In this document: positions 55,903-64,000 of the stretch, piece after piece
Layout of the letters: each line of letters opens with the position of its first letter
Numbering within the stretch: the stretch's first letter is position 1
NCBI GenBank assembly: GCA_944391515.1
Contig: CALXTW010000003.1
Location: forward strand, 9,102 to 73,101
Direction of reading: 5' to 3'
Length of the DNA stretch: 64,000 nucleotides
Source: an uncultured Alphaproteobacteria bacterium
GTDB lineage: Bacteria > Pseudomonadota > Alphaproteobacteria > RF32 > CAG-239
Made by a program: the position numbers and the translations under genes
The notes under the pieces: model-generated
The model's input: only the letters and a program-made list of their open reading frames with translations
The model's database searches: none
Told to the model about the DNA's origin: nothing

Positions 55903-56337
55903 ATGAGATTATGGCGTTTGTTTTTGGGATTTTGCTTCTCTTTTATTTGTTTTAACTCTTTAGCTCAGGAGAATGTTATGAAAATTAAATTATCTATTGA
56001 AGATCAAGATGTCATTATTCGTTTGCAGCACAATGCCGCAACTGAGCAATTTTTAAAAATGTTACCGGCTCAATTTGAATTCAGAGATTTTGCCGGAGAA
56101 GAAAAAATCACCTACTTTCCGCAACCCATTTCTTTGGATGGTGCTCCCAGAGGGATGATTGCCACCGCCGGAAAGCTATTTATTTACGTCCCTTGGAAAA
56201 ATTTTGGTATTTTCTATAAAACGCACAGCACTAGACCGGATAATAATTTGATTGAACTTGGTGAAGTGGAAAGCGGCTTAAATTACCTCTCCCAACAAAA
56301 AGGTGATTTTACCGCCCAAATTGAAGTGATAAGATAA
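55903..56337 (+). CDS. secreted cyclophilin-like-fold protein
   Basis: Signal peptide, then MKIKLSIEDQDVIIRLQHNAATEQFLKMLP...GKLFIYVPWKNFGIFY. This resembles the cyclophilin-like family from memory. Confidence 0.5.
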   Translation: MRLWRLFLGFCFSFICFNSLAQENVMKIKLSIEDQDVIIRLQHNAATEQFLKMLPAQFEFRDFAGEEKITYFPQPISLDGAPRGMIATAGKLFIYVPWKNFGIFYKTHSTRPDNNLIELGEVESGLNYLSQQKGDFTAQIEVIR

Positions 56338-56478
56338 ACTTCCACTAGCTAACGCAAGTGGTATTACCTGTTCCGAACTACGTTCGCCCTGCCCAAAGGC
56401 TTCGCAAGCCTAACGGCTGGGCAGGTATGTCTACATCTACCTGCTTACGCAGGTAGTGTTACGTTCGAATCATAAACG
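56338..56478. other. G+C-rich intergenic element made of four consecutive stem-loops
   Basis: Stems are CCACT/AGTGG (56342/56357), CGAAC/GTTCG (56374/56382), CCTGCCC/GGGCAGG enclosing AGGCTT/AAGCCT (56388-56425), and CTACCTGC/GCAGGTAG (56437/56449). The octamer TACGTTCG occurs twice. Confidence 0.5.
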
Positions 56479-56510
56479 AAACCCCAAATCCATACAAGAT
56501 TTGGGGTTTT
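56479..56510. terminator. bidirectional intrinsic terminator
   Basis: AAACCCCAAATC / GATTTGGGGTTT 12-bp stem with a T-run. Confidence 0.75.
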
Positions 56511-56522
56511 AACAAAAAGCAA

Positions 56523-57512
56523 TTACTTTAGTGTGTAACGAGTGATAAACTCTTTAATCGTTTGGTCGGAAAATTGTTCGGGCAAAATCAGTGAGTGATA
56601 TTTCAACAGCTCCATACTTTCAAATTGGCGTTGATATTCGCGCTCATTCGTACAAATTCGATTTCCCCAAGCATCGGTTAAATAATGATTACTCAACTTT
56701 TCTAAGTCTCTTGCATAATACCGTAAAATATCTCTTACAGTATAGTTGAGGTAGCGTTTTAGCAACTCATCTTCTATCGGTGGAAGAACTTCAGTTAGAA
56801 GTCTATCAGCCTCATAATAGTCTGCCAAAGTTACATCTGTTTTACTCTTATCATTTACGGCTTGTTCAATTTCTTCTACACGTAATTCATAAGAGGGAAA
56901 AACCTCATTAAACAGCTGAATACCATATTTCAAATAGGCAGAAGTTGTACCCAACAGGCTTTTTTCATCAAAATGGCGATAATAAATTCTCTGCGCTATT
57001 TCACAAAGTTTTGTCATTAGATTCACTTTTTGAACATATTCAAACGCGCTTGGCCCCTTAAAAAGATGAAGTTGAAGATAAGGGCGAAAACAGATTTTAA
57101 GCTCCGAAATTTGACTTTCCAAATGTGGATTTTTAGGCCATGTTTGCAAATAACCATTAAGGGCTTTAACAATGGCTTCTTCATTTTTTTTCTTAGACGC
57201 TTCATAGTCCTTTTCCAGCTTTTGGCCATAGCTCAGTCTTTTTTGGATTTCTTCTGGATAGTTCTTCTCCGGAATTTCAAACAAATTTATGTCATTTATT
57301 GAAACCGATACTTGAAAATCGTCTACTTGAAGAACTTCCAAATTTACTCTTTGCCACGGCCATTTGAAAAACGGCGGCATTTTACCGGCATAATTCTCTC
57401 GACTGATGAATATTGGCTTTTCGTCTTCATCTATAGGATATAAATTCCAACCATTGTCTGTTGGCTTAATCTTTTTAACCCAACAGCTCTTTTTTTTCAT
57501 AAAAATATTCAT
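56523..57512 (-). CDS. hypothetical protein
   Basis: 329-aa ORF. No family recognised. The start may be the ATG at 57500. Confidence 0.5.
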   Translation of the reverse strand: MNIFMKKKSCWVKKIKPTDNGWNLYPIDEDEKPIFISRENYAGKMPPFFKWPWQRVNLEVLQVDDFQVSVSINDINLFEIPEKNYPEEIQKRLSYGQKLEKDYEASKKKNEEAIVKALNGYLQTWPKNPHLESQISELKICFRPYLQLHLFKGPSAFEYVQKVNLMTKLCEIAQRIYYRHFDEKSLLGTTSAYLKYGIQLFNEVFPSYELRVEEIEQAVNDKSKTDVTLADYYEADRLLTEVLPPIEDELLKRYLNYTVRDILRYYARDLEKLSNHYLTDAWGNRICTNEREYQRQFESMELLKYHSLILPEQFSDQTIKEFITRYTLK

Positions 57513-57698
57513 AAGACTTTAATTTAAGTTAATAATATTGTTATGGGCGTTAATGTGGCATACAATTTTGTTTTTGTAAATAAAAATATCTTATGTTTTT
57601 TGCTTTACTTAAATATCTTTGTTTTTTAATCAAGGAATAAAAATATTTTTCTTTCAGAAATAAAAAAAAGTTTTATACTCTCATGTGAGGAGGCAAAC

Positions 57699-58541
57699 AT
57701 GCTTGATAAATTTGAATTTAAGGGAAAAAAAGACGGACTTGGTCTTTTGGTTTTGGCTGCCGTTCACGGAAATGAAACCGCAGGAGTGAATGCTTGCCAC
57801 CGCGTTATTCAAGAATTTCAATCAGGTCGACTCAAGCTAACGCAAGGTTCTTTAACCTTAGTGCCGATTTGTAACCCTGAGGCTTATAAAAAAGATGTGC
57901 GTTGTATTGATGAAAACTTAAATCGGGTGATTGTTCCCCACCCTCATCCACAGACATACGAACAAGGTCTTGCCAATGAGATTTGCGAACTTATACAATC
58001 TCATCGTTTGACTTTGGATTTGCACTCCACTCACTGTATCGGCGATGTGCCGTTTGCTTTTTGCGATTATCCTGATGAATATAATCAAAAACTTATCTCT
58101 GCCTTAGATGTCGATTTTGTGTTAGAAGGTTGGCCCGAAATTTACAGTCAAGACACAACCATTCAAGATTGCTCTACCGAGCAATATGCTCATGTTTGCT
58201 CAAATACCGCAACTACTTTGGAATGTGGCTACCACAAAGAGCCCAAAGCGATTGAAATTTCTTACCGAGCAATCCTTTCTACCTTAGCGGCATTTGAGAT
58301 GATTGATGCCCCTCACCCTGAGGCAAAGAAGAAAACGCATATTAAGCTCAAAAGTTATGTCTTAAAGACAAAGGAAGGAAAACTTTGCAAAAATTATAAG
58401 CATCTCGACCCAATCAAGAAAGGTGAACAAATTGCAATTTATGATGACGGGGAAGTTTTAGTCGCGCCGGAAGATGGTTTTATTTTGCTGCCTAACTTAA
58501 ATGCAAGCATTAATACCGAGTGGTATTATCTGGGAGAGTAA
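57699..58541 (+). CDS. succinylglutamate desuccinylase / aspartoacylase-family zinc hydrolase
   Basis: LAAVHGNETAG zinc-binding motif, a later LDLHS, and TLECG. Confidence 0.7.
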   Translation: MLDKFEFKGKKDGLGLLVLAAVHGNETAGVNACHRVIQEFQSGRLKLTQGSLTLVPICNPEAYKKDVRCIDENLNRVIVPHPHPQTYEQGLANEICELIQSHRLTLDLHSTHCIGDVPFAFCDYPDEYNQKLISALDVDFVLEGWPEIYSQDTTIQDCSTEQYAHVCSNTATTLECGYHKEPKAIEISYRAILSTLAAFEMIDAPHPEAKKKTHIKLKSYVLKTKEGKLCKNYKHLDPIKKGEQIAIYDDGEVLVAPEDGFILLPNLNASINTEWYYLGE

Positions 58542-58550
58542 AAAAACAAA

Positions 58551-58587
58551 AGCCTGAGGACAGCAAGGTCTTCAGGCTTTTTTTTTA
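58551..58587. terminator. bidirectional intrinsic terminator
   Basis: GCCTGAGGA / TCTTCAGGC stem (one G-U pair) followed by T9. Confidence 0.7.
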
Positions 58588-58589
58588 AT

Positions 58590-59066
58590 TTACTTTTTAA
58601 ATAGCAAGACAACCTCATACCCGATTGTAATGATGGTTGCGGCCAGAAATGCCACTGCTATTACAATACATGCCATACAAAGAGGCTCAGGTAATGTTTT
58701 CAGGTTAGGAAATGCAATAGCGGTGCTCAGAACCATAGCAAAAGGAAGCACGATTGCAGCTCCCAAAAATAAATCTTTAATAGAACTTACCACCAAACGT
58801 TTTTTTAAGCATGGTTCACTCACCTGTAAAGCCTTTTTCAGCATATAGACTTTTACCGGAATTACCATGAGGCCAGCGATAATACAAAGTATTGCTATTA
58901 GCCTCTGATATAAATCAAAAAGTGAAAGTACAAAACCTACCAAGATAAGCACTATTGGGATGTCATCCATATGCTTAAATTGTTTGCTCCATTCGACTTC
59001 CTCTTCCATTCTACTCATTGCACGATTAAGAACTTCAATAGTTCGTTTAAATCTTTCCGTGTTCAT
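58590..59066 (-). CDS. multi-TM membrane protein
   Basis: 158-aa ORF with four hydrophobic segments after a charged N-terminus. Confidence 0.5.
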   Translation of the reverse strand: MNTERFKRTIEVLNRAMSRMEEEVEWSKQFKHMDDIPIVLILVGFVLSLFDLYQRLIAILCIIAGLMVIPVKVYMLKKALQVSEPCLKKRLVVSSIKDLFLGAAIVLPFAMVLSTAIAFPNLKTLPEPLCMACIVIAVAFLAATIITIGYEVVLLFKK

Positions 59067-59155
59067 AAGGCATTTGTTTTTAGTTAATAATAAAATATAT
59101 AATATAAAATTGGTTTTATATTATATTGCTTTTCCAAAGATGCAAGGATATTTTT

Positions 59156-59929
59156 TTATAATGAGCTGACTTTTTTGTTAGCAAACCAAGCGAAATCGAG
59201 CGATTTTGTCCGACTGGCAGAGGGCTTTTCCCATATCAGGCTCTTGGTCTCTTTGTTTAGTGATGTGCCTTTATAACCACTTTGAATCAGATATTGCATT
59301 TTGCTGAACAATGTCGGAATTTTGGTATGGATATTGTCCCCTAAATACATACTGTAAACATCGGCATTGTTATTTGCCGGCCGAATGGCTGAATTTGGTT
59401 TGTGGCTAATGGCTTTTTCTAGATAAATCACTTTAGCGTTATCTTCCGGATCGAGGTCAACTTTAGTGATGGACATACCATAGTGAAGAGCATTAATCCA
59501 ACTTGCCGGATTATCAACCGCAATTTGAATGATGGCATGGGTTCTGCCTTGGTCAATGGCGTGCGATTCAATATATTCCAACATCCTTTTCATTAAGCTT
59601 GCGCCCCGATAAGCAGGGTCAACCAAAATGGCTTCATAAATCACCAGGTCTTTATTTTCCATCTCGGATTTGAACTCAGGCATATCCCGTTTTTCGTCAT
59701 TTTGCGGAAGTTTGAAAACTGTTTGAGCAATCAGCTTGTCTTCATCAAAAACACCAAGCATATTGTCACTTTGACTGTCTAAATATTTCATATAATCTTC
59801 GGCTGTTCTGTGCAAGATAAAGTGCTGTTCATCTGGGTGAAGACCTTGGATGATTTTTTCTTGCAAGTGCATAACATCTGCTAAGTGGCTGATATCTAAT
59901 TTTTTGACCGTTAATGTTTTTTTGTTCAT
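59156..59929 (-). CDS. GNAT-family acetyltransferase with C-terminal extension
   Basis: Motif-A-like VDPAYRGASLMKRMLEYIESHA. Confidence 0.55.
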   Translation of the reverse strand: MNKKTLTVKKLDISHLADVMHLQEKIIQGLHPDEQHFILHRTAEDYMKYLDSQSDNMLGVFDEDKLIAQTVFKLPQNDEKRDMPEFKSEMENKDLVIYEAILVDPAYRGASLMKRMLEYIESHAIDQGRTHAIIQIAVDNPASWINALHYGMSITKVDLDPEDNAKVIYLEKAISHKPNSAIRPANNNADVYSMYLGDNIHTKIPTLFSKMQYLIQSGYKGTSLNKETKSLIWEKPSASRTKSLDFAWFANKKVSSL

Positions 59930-60267
59930 TGTATTCCTCTGCTTTGACTTATCTTTAACATAAAAAAAAGATTTGAGAAAAACTCAAACCTTGCGACTAA
60001 CTTAACCTTTATCTCACGGATAAGTCATCGTCGCAATGTAAGTCTGCGCAAACGCAATGATGTCAAATTAAAATTGGTCATTTACCATTACTCTGTTATA
60101 AAAACTATTTGTGATATTATCGATTTATTTTTATTTGTAAAGAATTTTTATCTGATTAGTGGCGAAAAAAAAGAATAATTATGAAAATTGATTTGCAAAC
60201 TTGCGTTTTTTTATATATTTTGTTGCTAAGCAAAATTATAAAAAATTTTATTGATAGAAAGGATTAG

Positions 60268-61329
60268 ATGAAAATGGATGTTATCTTGACCGGAGACAGA
60301 CCTACCGGAAGATTGCACTTGGGTCATTATGTCGGCTCGTTGAAACGCCGTGTGGAAATGCAAAACAGCGGAAAATACCCTACTATTTTTGTGATGATTG
60401 CAGATGCTCAGGCTCTGACAGACAATGCCGACGATATTAACAAAGTTCGCAACAACATCTCAGAAGTTGCCTTGGATTATATGGCTTGCGGATTAGACCC
60501 TCAAAAGACAACCATCTTCATTCAATCGCAAATTCCTGAACTTTGCGAATTGTCTTTTTATTATATGAATTTGGTAACCGTGTCCAGATTACAAAGAAAT
60601 CCTACCGTTAAAAATGAAATTCAACTCAGAGGATTTAAGCAAAGCATTCCGGTCGGGTTCTTCACCTACCCTATCAGCCAAGCCGCTGATATTACCGCAT
60701 TTAAGGCTAACCTCATTCCTGTCGGTGAAGACCAACTGCCGATGATTGAACAAACAAGGGAGATTGTACGCTCATTTAACACTTTATATAAAGAAGTGCT
60801 GGTTGAGCCCACCGCTGTTTTGCCTGAAAACAGTTTGTGTTCTCGTTTACCGGGGTTGGACGGTGCTGCCAAAATGAGTAAATCTTTAGGAAACTGCATC
60901 TATTTGGCTGACAGCGCTAACGATATTAAGAAAAAAGTTCAAAGTATGTTTACCGACCCGACGCACTTGCATGTGGAAGACCCCGGTCATACAGAAAATA
61001 ATCCTGTATTCACTTATTTGGATGCTTTTTGTAAAGATGAACATTTTCAAGCCTTTTTACCAGCTTATCAAAATTTAGATGAGCTCAAAGCACATTACCA
61101 AAGAGGTGGTTTGGGAGACGGAACGGTTAAAAAGTTCTTGAACGAAATTTTGCAAAACGAACTCAAACCTATTCGTGAAAAACGTGAAGAATTGGCTCAA
61201 GATGTCGGCGAAATTTTTGCTCAACTCAAAAAGGGCAGCGAAAGTGCTCGTGAGGTTGCATCTCAGACATTGCACGATGTAAAAGCCGCTATGGGCATTG
61301 ACTACTTTGGTAAGAGCTCTTTGCTCTAA
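60268..61329 (+). CDS. trpS: tryptophan--tRNA ligase
   Basis: Class I HIGH-type motif ([10 protein letters not shown]), KMSKS, and sequence typical of TrpS. Confidence 0.9.
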   Translation: MKMDVILTGDRPTGRLHLGHYVGSLKRRVEMQNSGKYPTIFVMIADAQALTDNADDINKVRNNISEVALDYMACGLDPQKTTIFIQSQIPELCELSFYYMNLVTVSRLQRNPTVKNEIQLRGFKQSIPVGFFTYPISQAADITAFKANLIPVGEDQLPMIEQTREIVRSFNTLYKEVLVEPTAVLPENSLCSRLPGLDGAAKMSKSLGNCIYLADSANDIKKKVQSMFTDPTHLHVEDPGHTENNPVFTYLDAFCKDEHFQAFLPAYQNLDELKAHYQRGGLGDGTVKKFLNEILQNELKPIREKREELAQDVGEIFAQLKKGSESAREVASQTLHDVKAAMGIDYFGKSSLL

Positions 61330-61348
61330 TTGCCTTTTTTTCAAAATA

Positions 61349-61388
61349 AAAATCCCTTTTGACCTGTTAGCCAAAAGGGATTTTCTTT
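61349..61388. terminator. bidirectional intrinsic terminator
   Basis: AAATCCCTTTTG / CAAAAGGGATTT 12-bp stem. Confidence 0.75.
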
Positions 61389-61391
61389 GCC

Positions 61392-62012
61392 TTATTTTAC
61401 CTTATTGCGCATTTTTTTTATTTTTAGCATTATGCCGGTTAACGGTGATTGATGTTTTTGGGGCGTTTCTTTTCTTTCCTCGTCAAACCAATGACCTTCA
61501 AGCGCCGTCAAAAGCTCTGGCTTCGAGGTCATCTTGATATTTTGCGGAGATACAGGCAACTCCACCTTAATGGGGATTAGCTCCATACCATTTTGCTGGA
61601 CATGCGGTACGTCTTTAATTTCTTGATAGCCACACTGTTGCCAACGAGGTAAGAGCTCCTTCTTGCACATTCCATAAACTTGACGATACCCCTTTTCGGC
61701 GGCATAGCGCATGCCATAGAGCATAATATCTTCTGAAATACCTGTCTTGCGGTAGTTTTTGGTAACGGCCATACGCTCAAATTTTACAAAGTCTGAAAAA
61801 AACCTAACACGCATGGTTCCTATCGGCAAAATACGATGGCGCTTTTTGACATAGGCAACAATATGCGCCGCGCAATAGTCATTGCCGTCGAATTCTTTTG
61901 AGGTCGGAATTTTTTGTTCTTTTACAAACACTTGCTTACGAACAGCCATCGCACCTTTGTAAAGAGCTTCCGACGTGGCCAATTCTACCGTTATGTCTTT
62001 TTTATCATACAT
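61392..62012 (-). CDS. GNAT-family acetyltransferase
   Basis: Motif-A-like VTKNYRKTGISEDIMLYGMRYAAEKGY. It is divergent from a LysR-type gene. Confidence 0.6.
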   Translation of the reverse strand: MYDKKDITVELATSEALYKGAMAVRKQVFVKEQKIPTSKEFDGNDYCAAHIVAYVKKRHRILPIGTMRVRFFSDFVKFERMAVTKNYRKTGISEDIMLYGMRYAAEKGYRQVYGMCKKELLPRWQQCGYQEIKDVPHVQQNGMELIPIKVELPVSPQNIKMTSKPELLTALEGHWFDEERKETPQKHQSPLTGIMLKIKKMRNKVK

Positions 62013-62020
62013 AACTAATT

Positions 62021-62066
62021 ATTAGATTGACCAATTCTAATTTAGAATATACTAATTTTAGTATAT
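62021..62066. promoter_or_regulatory. two palindromes in the GNAT / LysR divergent region (LysR-box candidates)
   Basis: ATTAGA-N9-TCTAAT (62021-62041) and ATATACT-N6-AGTATAT (62047-62066). Confidence 0.35.
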
Positions 62067-62107
62067 GGTTATATATTTTTAGGAATAACTAAAAGAGATT
62101 TTAAAAA

Positions 62108-62719
62108 ATGAGCATTAAAGGAGATACCTCTCTTATCCGCGGATTACTTTATCTTTGTGAAGTTATTGAGTACAAAACAATCAATAAAGCCGCTGAGGCA
62201 AACGGAATAAAGCCGTCTAATTTGAGTTTGCTCATTACTGAGTTGGAAAAACAAGTTAACGCCAAACTCCTTATTCGGACACCGCAAGGCTGTATTCCGA
62301 CTGCGACGGGGAAAGTCTTTTGTAATTTGGCTCATGAGCTCAAGAACTTGATTTGGGAAATTAAGGAAAGCTATGTTACCCATACTGAAATTACGATGCT
62401 TTATGTTTTTATTGCACCTAATTTGGATTTTTGTGATTGTTCGGAATTTGAAAAGGAATTTCCCGAAATTAGCCTCAAACCAACAACAAATGAAAACGAA
62501 GCTGATTTTCTTATCTTAAACACCCCTCCTCAGCAAAAAGATGTTTCTTATTCCGAATTTAATATCGGCTCAAACATCAAACAAAAAATTTGGCTTTGTT
62601 GTAGGGATTTGAAACCTGCCGCTTTGTGCTTTTTCGATTTTATCGTGGCGAAGTTACTTCCTGTATGTGATCAATCAGCGCTTTTATCTTCGGAAGATTC
62701 TGATTTTCCTTGTGCGTAA
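62108..62719 (+). CDS. LysR-type HTH protein, short (possibly truncated paralogue)
   Basis: The N-terminal LysR HTH is EYKTINKAAEANGIKPSNLSLLITELEKQVNAKLLIRTPQG. It is only 203 aa, and its last 80 nt overlap the convergent LysR gene. Confidence 0.5.
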   Translation: MSIKGDTSLIRGLLYLCEVIEYKTINKAAEANGIKPSNLSLLITELEKQVNAKLLIRTPQGCIPTATGKVFCNLAHELKNLIWEIKESYVTHTEITMLYVFIAPNLDFCDCSEFEKEFPEISLKPTTNENEADFLILNTPPQQKDVSYSEFNIGSNIKQKIWLCCRDLKPAALCFFDFIVAKLLPVCDQSALLSSEDSDFPCA

Positions 62720-63521
62720 TAATCCAAAAAGAATGTGAAAGCTCCATATTAATTTGTGACAAATGTATGAGTCCGCTTTCTTGCTGTCCTATTCCAATCG
62801 GATGTAAGCCGATACCTACCCCATCTCGGGTCATGCGCAACAACATGGCCGAAGAATTTGTTGTGGCGGAAATATGTTTGGCTCCATCAATAAATTTTTT
62901 CCATTTCGGCCACACACTGACATAATTTACCCTATCGCAAATACGATGATTTTCTTGTAGGTCTTTCAAATTCTTTGGGTAGCCGAATTGGGATAAATAC
63001 TCCATAGATGCAAACAGTCCAAACTTTAATTCATATTTTGAGACAACTTCGCTATCTTCTATATCCGGCTCATTATACACAATCGCCATATCTGTTGCGT
63101 GGATACTATTCGGACTGTCAAGCGAACAAATAATATCTACTTGAACATCCGGGTATTTTCTTAAAAACTCGGGCAGGAATGCCGACAAATAGCCCGTACC
63201 AAGTCCTTCGCTGGTCCAAAGTCTGATTTTGCCAGAAACTAACTTATCCGACACAACAAAATTTTTTACCTTATAAATTGCCTTATCCAAATCGCAAGCC
63301 AGCTTAAAAACTTCTCGCCCGTTTTGCGTCAAGCGTACACCGCTGTGCGTTCTTTCCAACACCTGGCATTTTAAGCGTTCTTCAAAATTTTTTAGGGATT
63401 TTGAGAGATTTGACTGTTTCATGGCATTGGCTTGAGCCGTACCGCTGATGGTGCCGCTCTTGGCTGTTTCTAAAAAACTTAAGATATCTCTTGCCCAAAT
63501 GGATTTGTCCTTTATCCCCAT
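62640..63521 (-). CDS. LysR-family transcriptional regulator
   Basis: Full-length (293 aa) with HTH SGTISGTAQANAMKQSNLSKSLKNFEERLKCQVLERTHSG and a substrate-binding domain. Confidence 0.8.
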   Translation of the reverse strand: MGIKDKSIWARDILSFLETAKSGTISGTAQANAMKQSNLSKSLKNFEERLKCQVLERTHSGVRLTQNGREVFKLACDLDKAIYKVKNFVVSDKLVSGKIRLWTSEGLGTGYLSAFLPEFLRKYPDVQVDIICSLDSPNSIHATDMAIVYNEPDIEDSEVVSKYELKFGLFASMEYLSQFGYPKNLKDLQENHRICDRVNYVSVWPKWKKFIDGAKHISATTNSSAMLLRMTRDGVGIGLHPIGIGQQESGLIHLSQINMELSHSFWIITHKENQNLPKIKALIDHIQEVTSPR

Positions 63522-63628
63522 TTTATATAAACCCTATATGAAATTAGTTTCTTTACAAACCTTAAAATATGAAACAGATAATACAGTAGAATTTTTAATT
63601 AGACAACCCAAGATTATAGGACTACACA

Positions 63629-63841
63629 ATGAGTATTAAAAATAAAGAACATATTATAAATACAAACTCAGAGGCTTATTGCTCACTCGTACATGCCGTT
63701 TATACTCAATTTAAGGGATTATACAAATCACTGAATAAATATGAAATAAGGCAAAGCTGCTTTTATCTTATGCTTGCTTATCTTGCTTTTGAAAAAGAGA
63801 TTGAAAAAGAATTAAAAGAATCAGCCAGAACTAATTATTAA
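63629..63841 (+). CDS. small hypothetical protein
   Basis: 70-aa ORF. It overlaps the 3' end of a minus-strand partial ORF, so only one of the two may be real. Confidence 0.3.
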   Translation: MSIKNKEHIINTNSEAYCSLVHAVYTQFKGLYKSLNKYEIRQSCFYLMLAYLAFEKEIEKELKESARTNY

Positions 63842-64000
63842 AATACTTAAGAAGGAGAGTCAGTTGCTCATCAACATAATCAAGAAGTTTATCATCTGCT
63901 TTTTTGATTTTTTCGATAACCTGATTCTCCTTTCCTAACCTTGATAAACTCTTGGTTTTGGGAATATTATTGCCCAGCATTTCATCAATACTGACCTTAA
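63831..64000 (-). CDS. 3' end of an unidentified minus-strand gene (5' part outside the window)
   Basis: My own translation gives an open frame from the window edge to the TAG (complement of 63831..63833): ...KVSIDEMLGNNIPKTKSLSRLGKENQVIEKIKKADDKLLDYVDEQLTLLLKYFNN. Confidence 0.3.
   Translation of the reverse strand, partial: KVSIDEMLGNNIPKTKSLSRLGKENQVIEKIKKADDKLLDYVDEQLTLLLKYFNN

Noticed and set aside
56338-56478. Two-piece alphaproteobacterial tmRNA. The region has a TTCGAAT heptamer and an ORF-like stretch starting GCT AAC GCA.
   Set aside because: There is no acceptor stem or CCA end, the TTCGAAT is not closed by a T-stem, and the putative tag contains Cys and does not end in the usual hydrophobic Ala-Ala type terminus.
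60181-60267. 28-codon upstream ORF ending exactly at the trpS ATG (TAGATG), considered as a Trp-sensing leader peptide or T-box.
   Set aside because: It contains no Trp codons. I saw no terminator/antiterminator alternative and no T-box specifier or conserved T-box sequence. It may still be a coupled uORF, but there is no evidence for attenuation.
1-64000. Search by eye for CRISPR arrays, IS elements or transposases, integrases, rRNA genes and recognisable toxin-antitoxin or restriction-modification pairs.
   Set aside because: I found none. No spaced short-repeat arrays, no DDE or tyrosine/serine recombinase-like ORFs, and no rRNA-like conserved stretches were seen in the sequence or the ORF track.

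Overview
AT-rich chromosomal segment that looks alphaproteobacterial. The hallmarks are a ChpT histidine phosphotransferase, HpnC/HpnD/HpnE squalene genes, TrmFO, a DUF4167 protein, RpoH, RNase E with a large insertion in its S1 domain, and a glycine-zipper 17-kDa-antigen-like lipoprotein. Most of the window is housekeeping. Recognised genes are glmS (3' part), an M23 peptidase, an MlaC-like protein, mrcA, prfB (with its programmed +1 frameshift, which the ORF track splits), amiC, rne, an M48 protease, trmFO, hpnCDE, clpB, prmC, rpoH, asnS, thyX, trpS, tRNA-Asp(GUC) and tRNA-Glu(UUC). The stand-out feature is a compact, apparently intact cluster of about 10.6 kb on the minus strand (8161-18730). 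It encodes only a T7-supergroup-like packaging, head and tail-tube set: terminase, a lysis cassette, gp8-like portal, scaffold, capsid, gp11-like adaptor, gp12-like nozzle and an ORF in the gp13 position. I saw no integrase, replication genes, ejection-core proteins or tail fibre. The cluster has a divergent HTH/S24-type regulator, back-to-back promoters, a TTAA-N7-TTAA (CtrA-type) box, and a promoter-plus-intrinsic-terminator leader directly in front of the structural genes. I read it as either a prophage stump or, more interestingly, a domesticated GTA-like particle system of podovirus ancestry. Other points worth a look: a duplicated tRNA-Asp 3' end plus terminator; a chpT - receiver - cheR operon with no other chemotaxis genes; trmFO fused in an operon with hpnCDE; two G+C-rich structured intergenic elements; and an accessory patch after tRNA-Glu. 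That patch holds orphan and small membrane ORFs, GNATs and a small membrane gene interrupted by an in-frame TGA. I found no CRISPR array, IS element, transposase or integrase. All calls come from reading the sequence and ORF track and from remembered family motifs. No searches were run.
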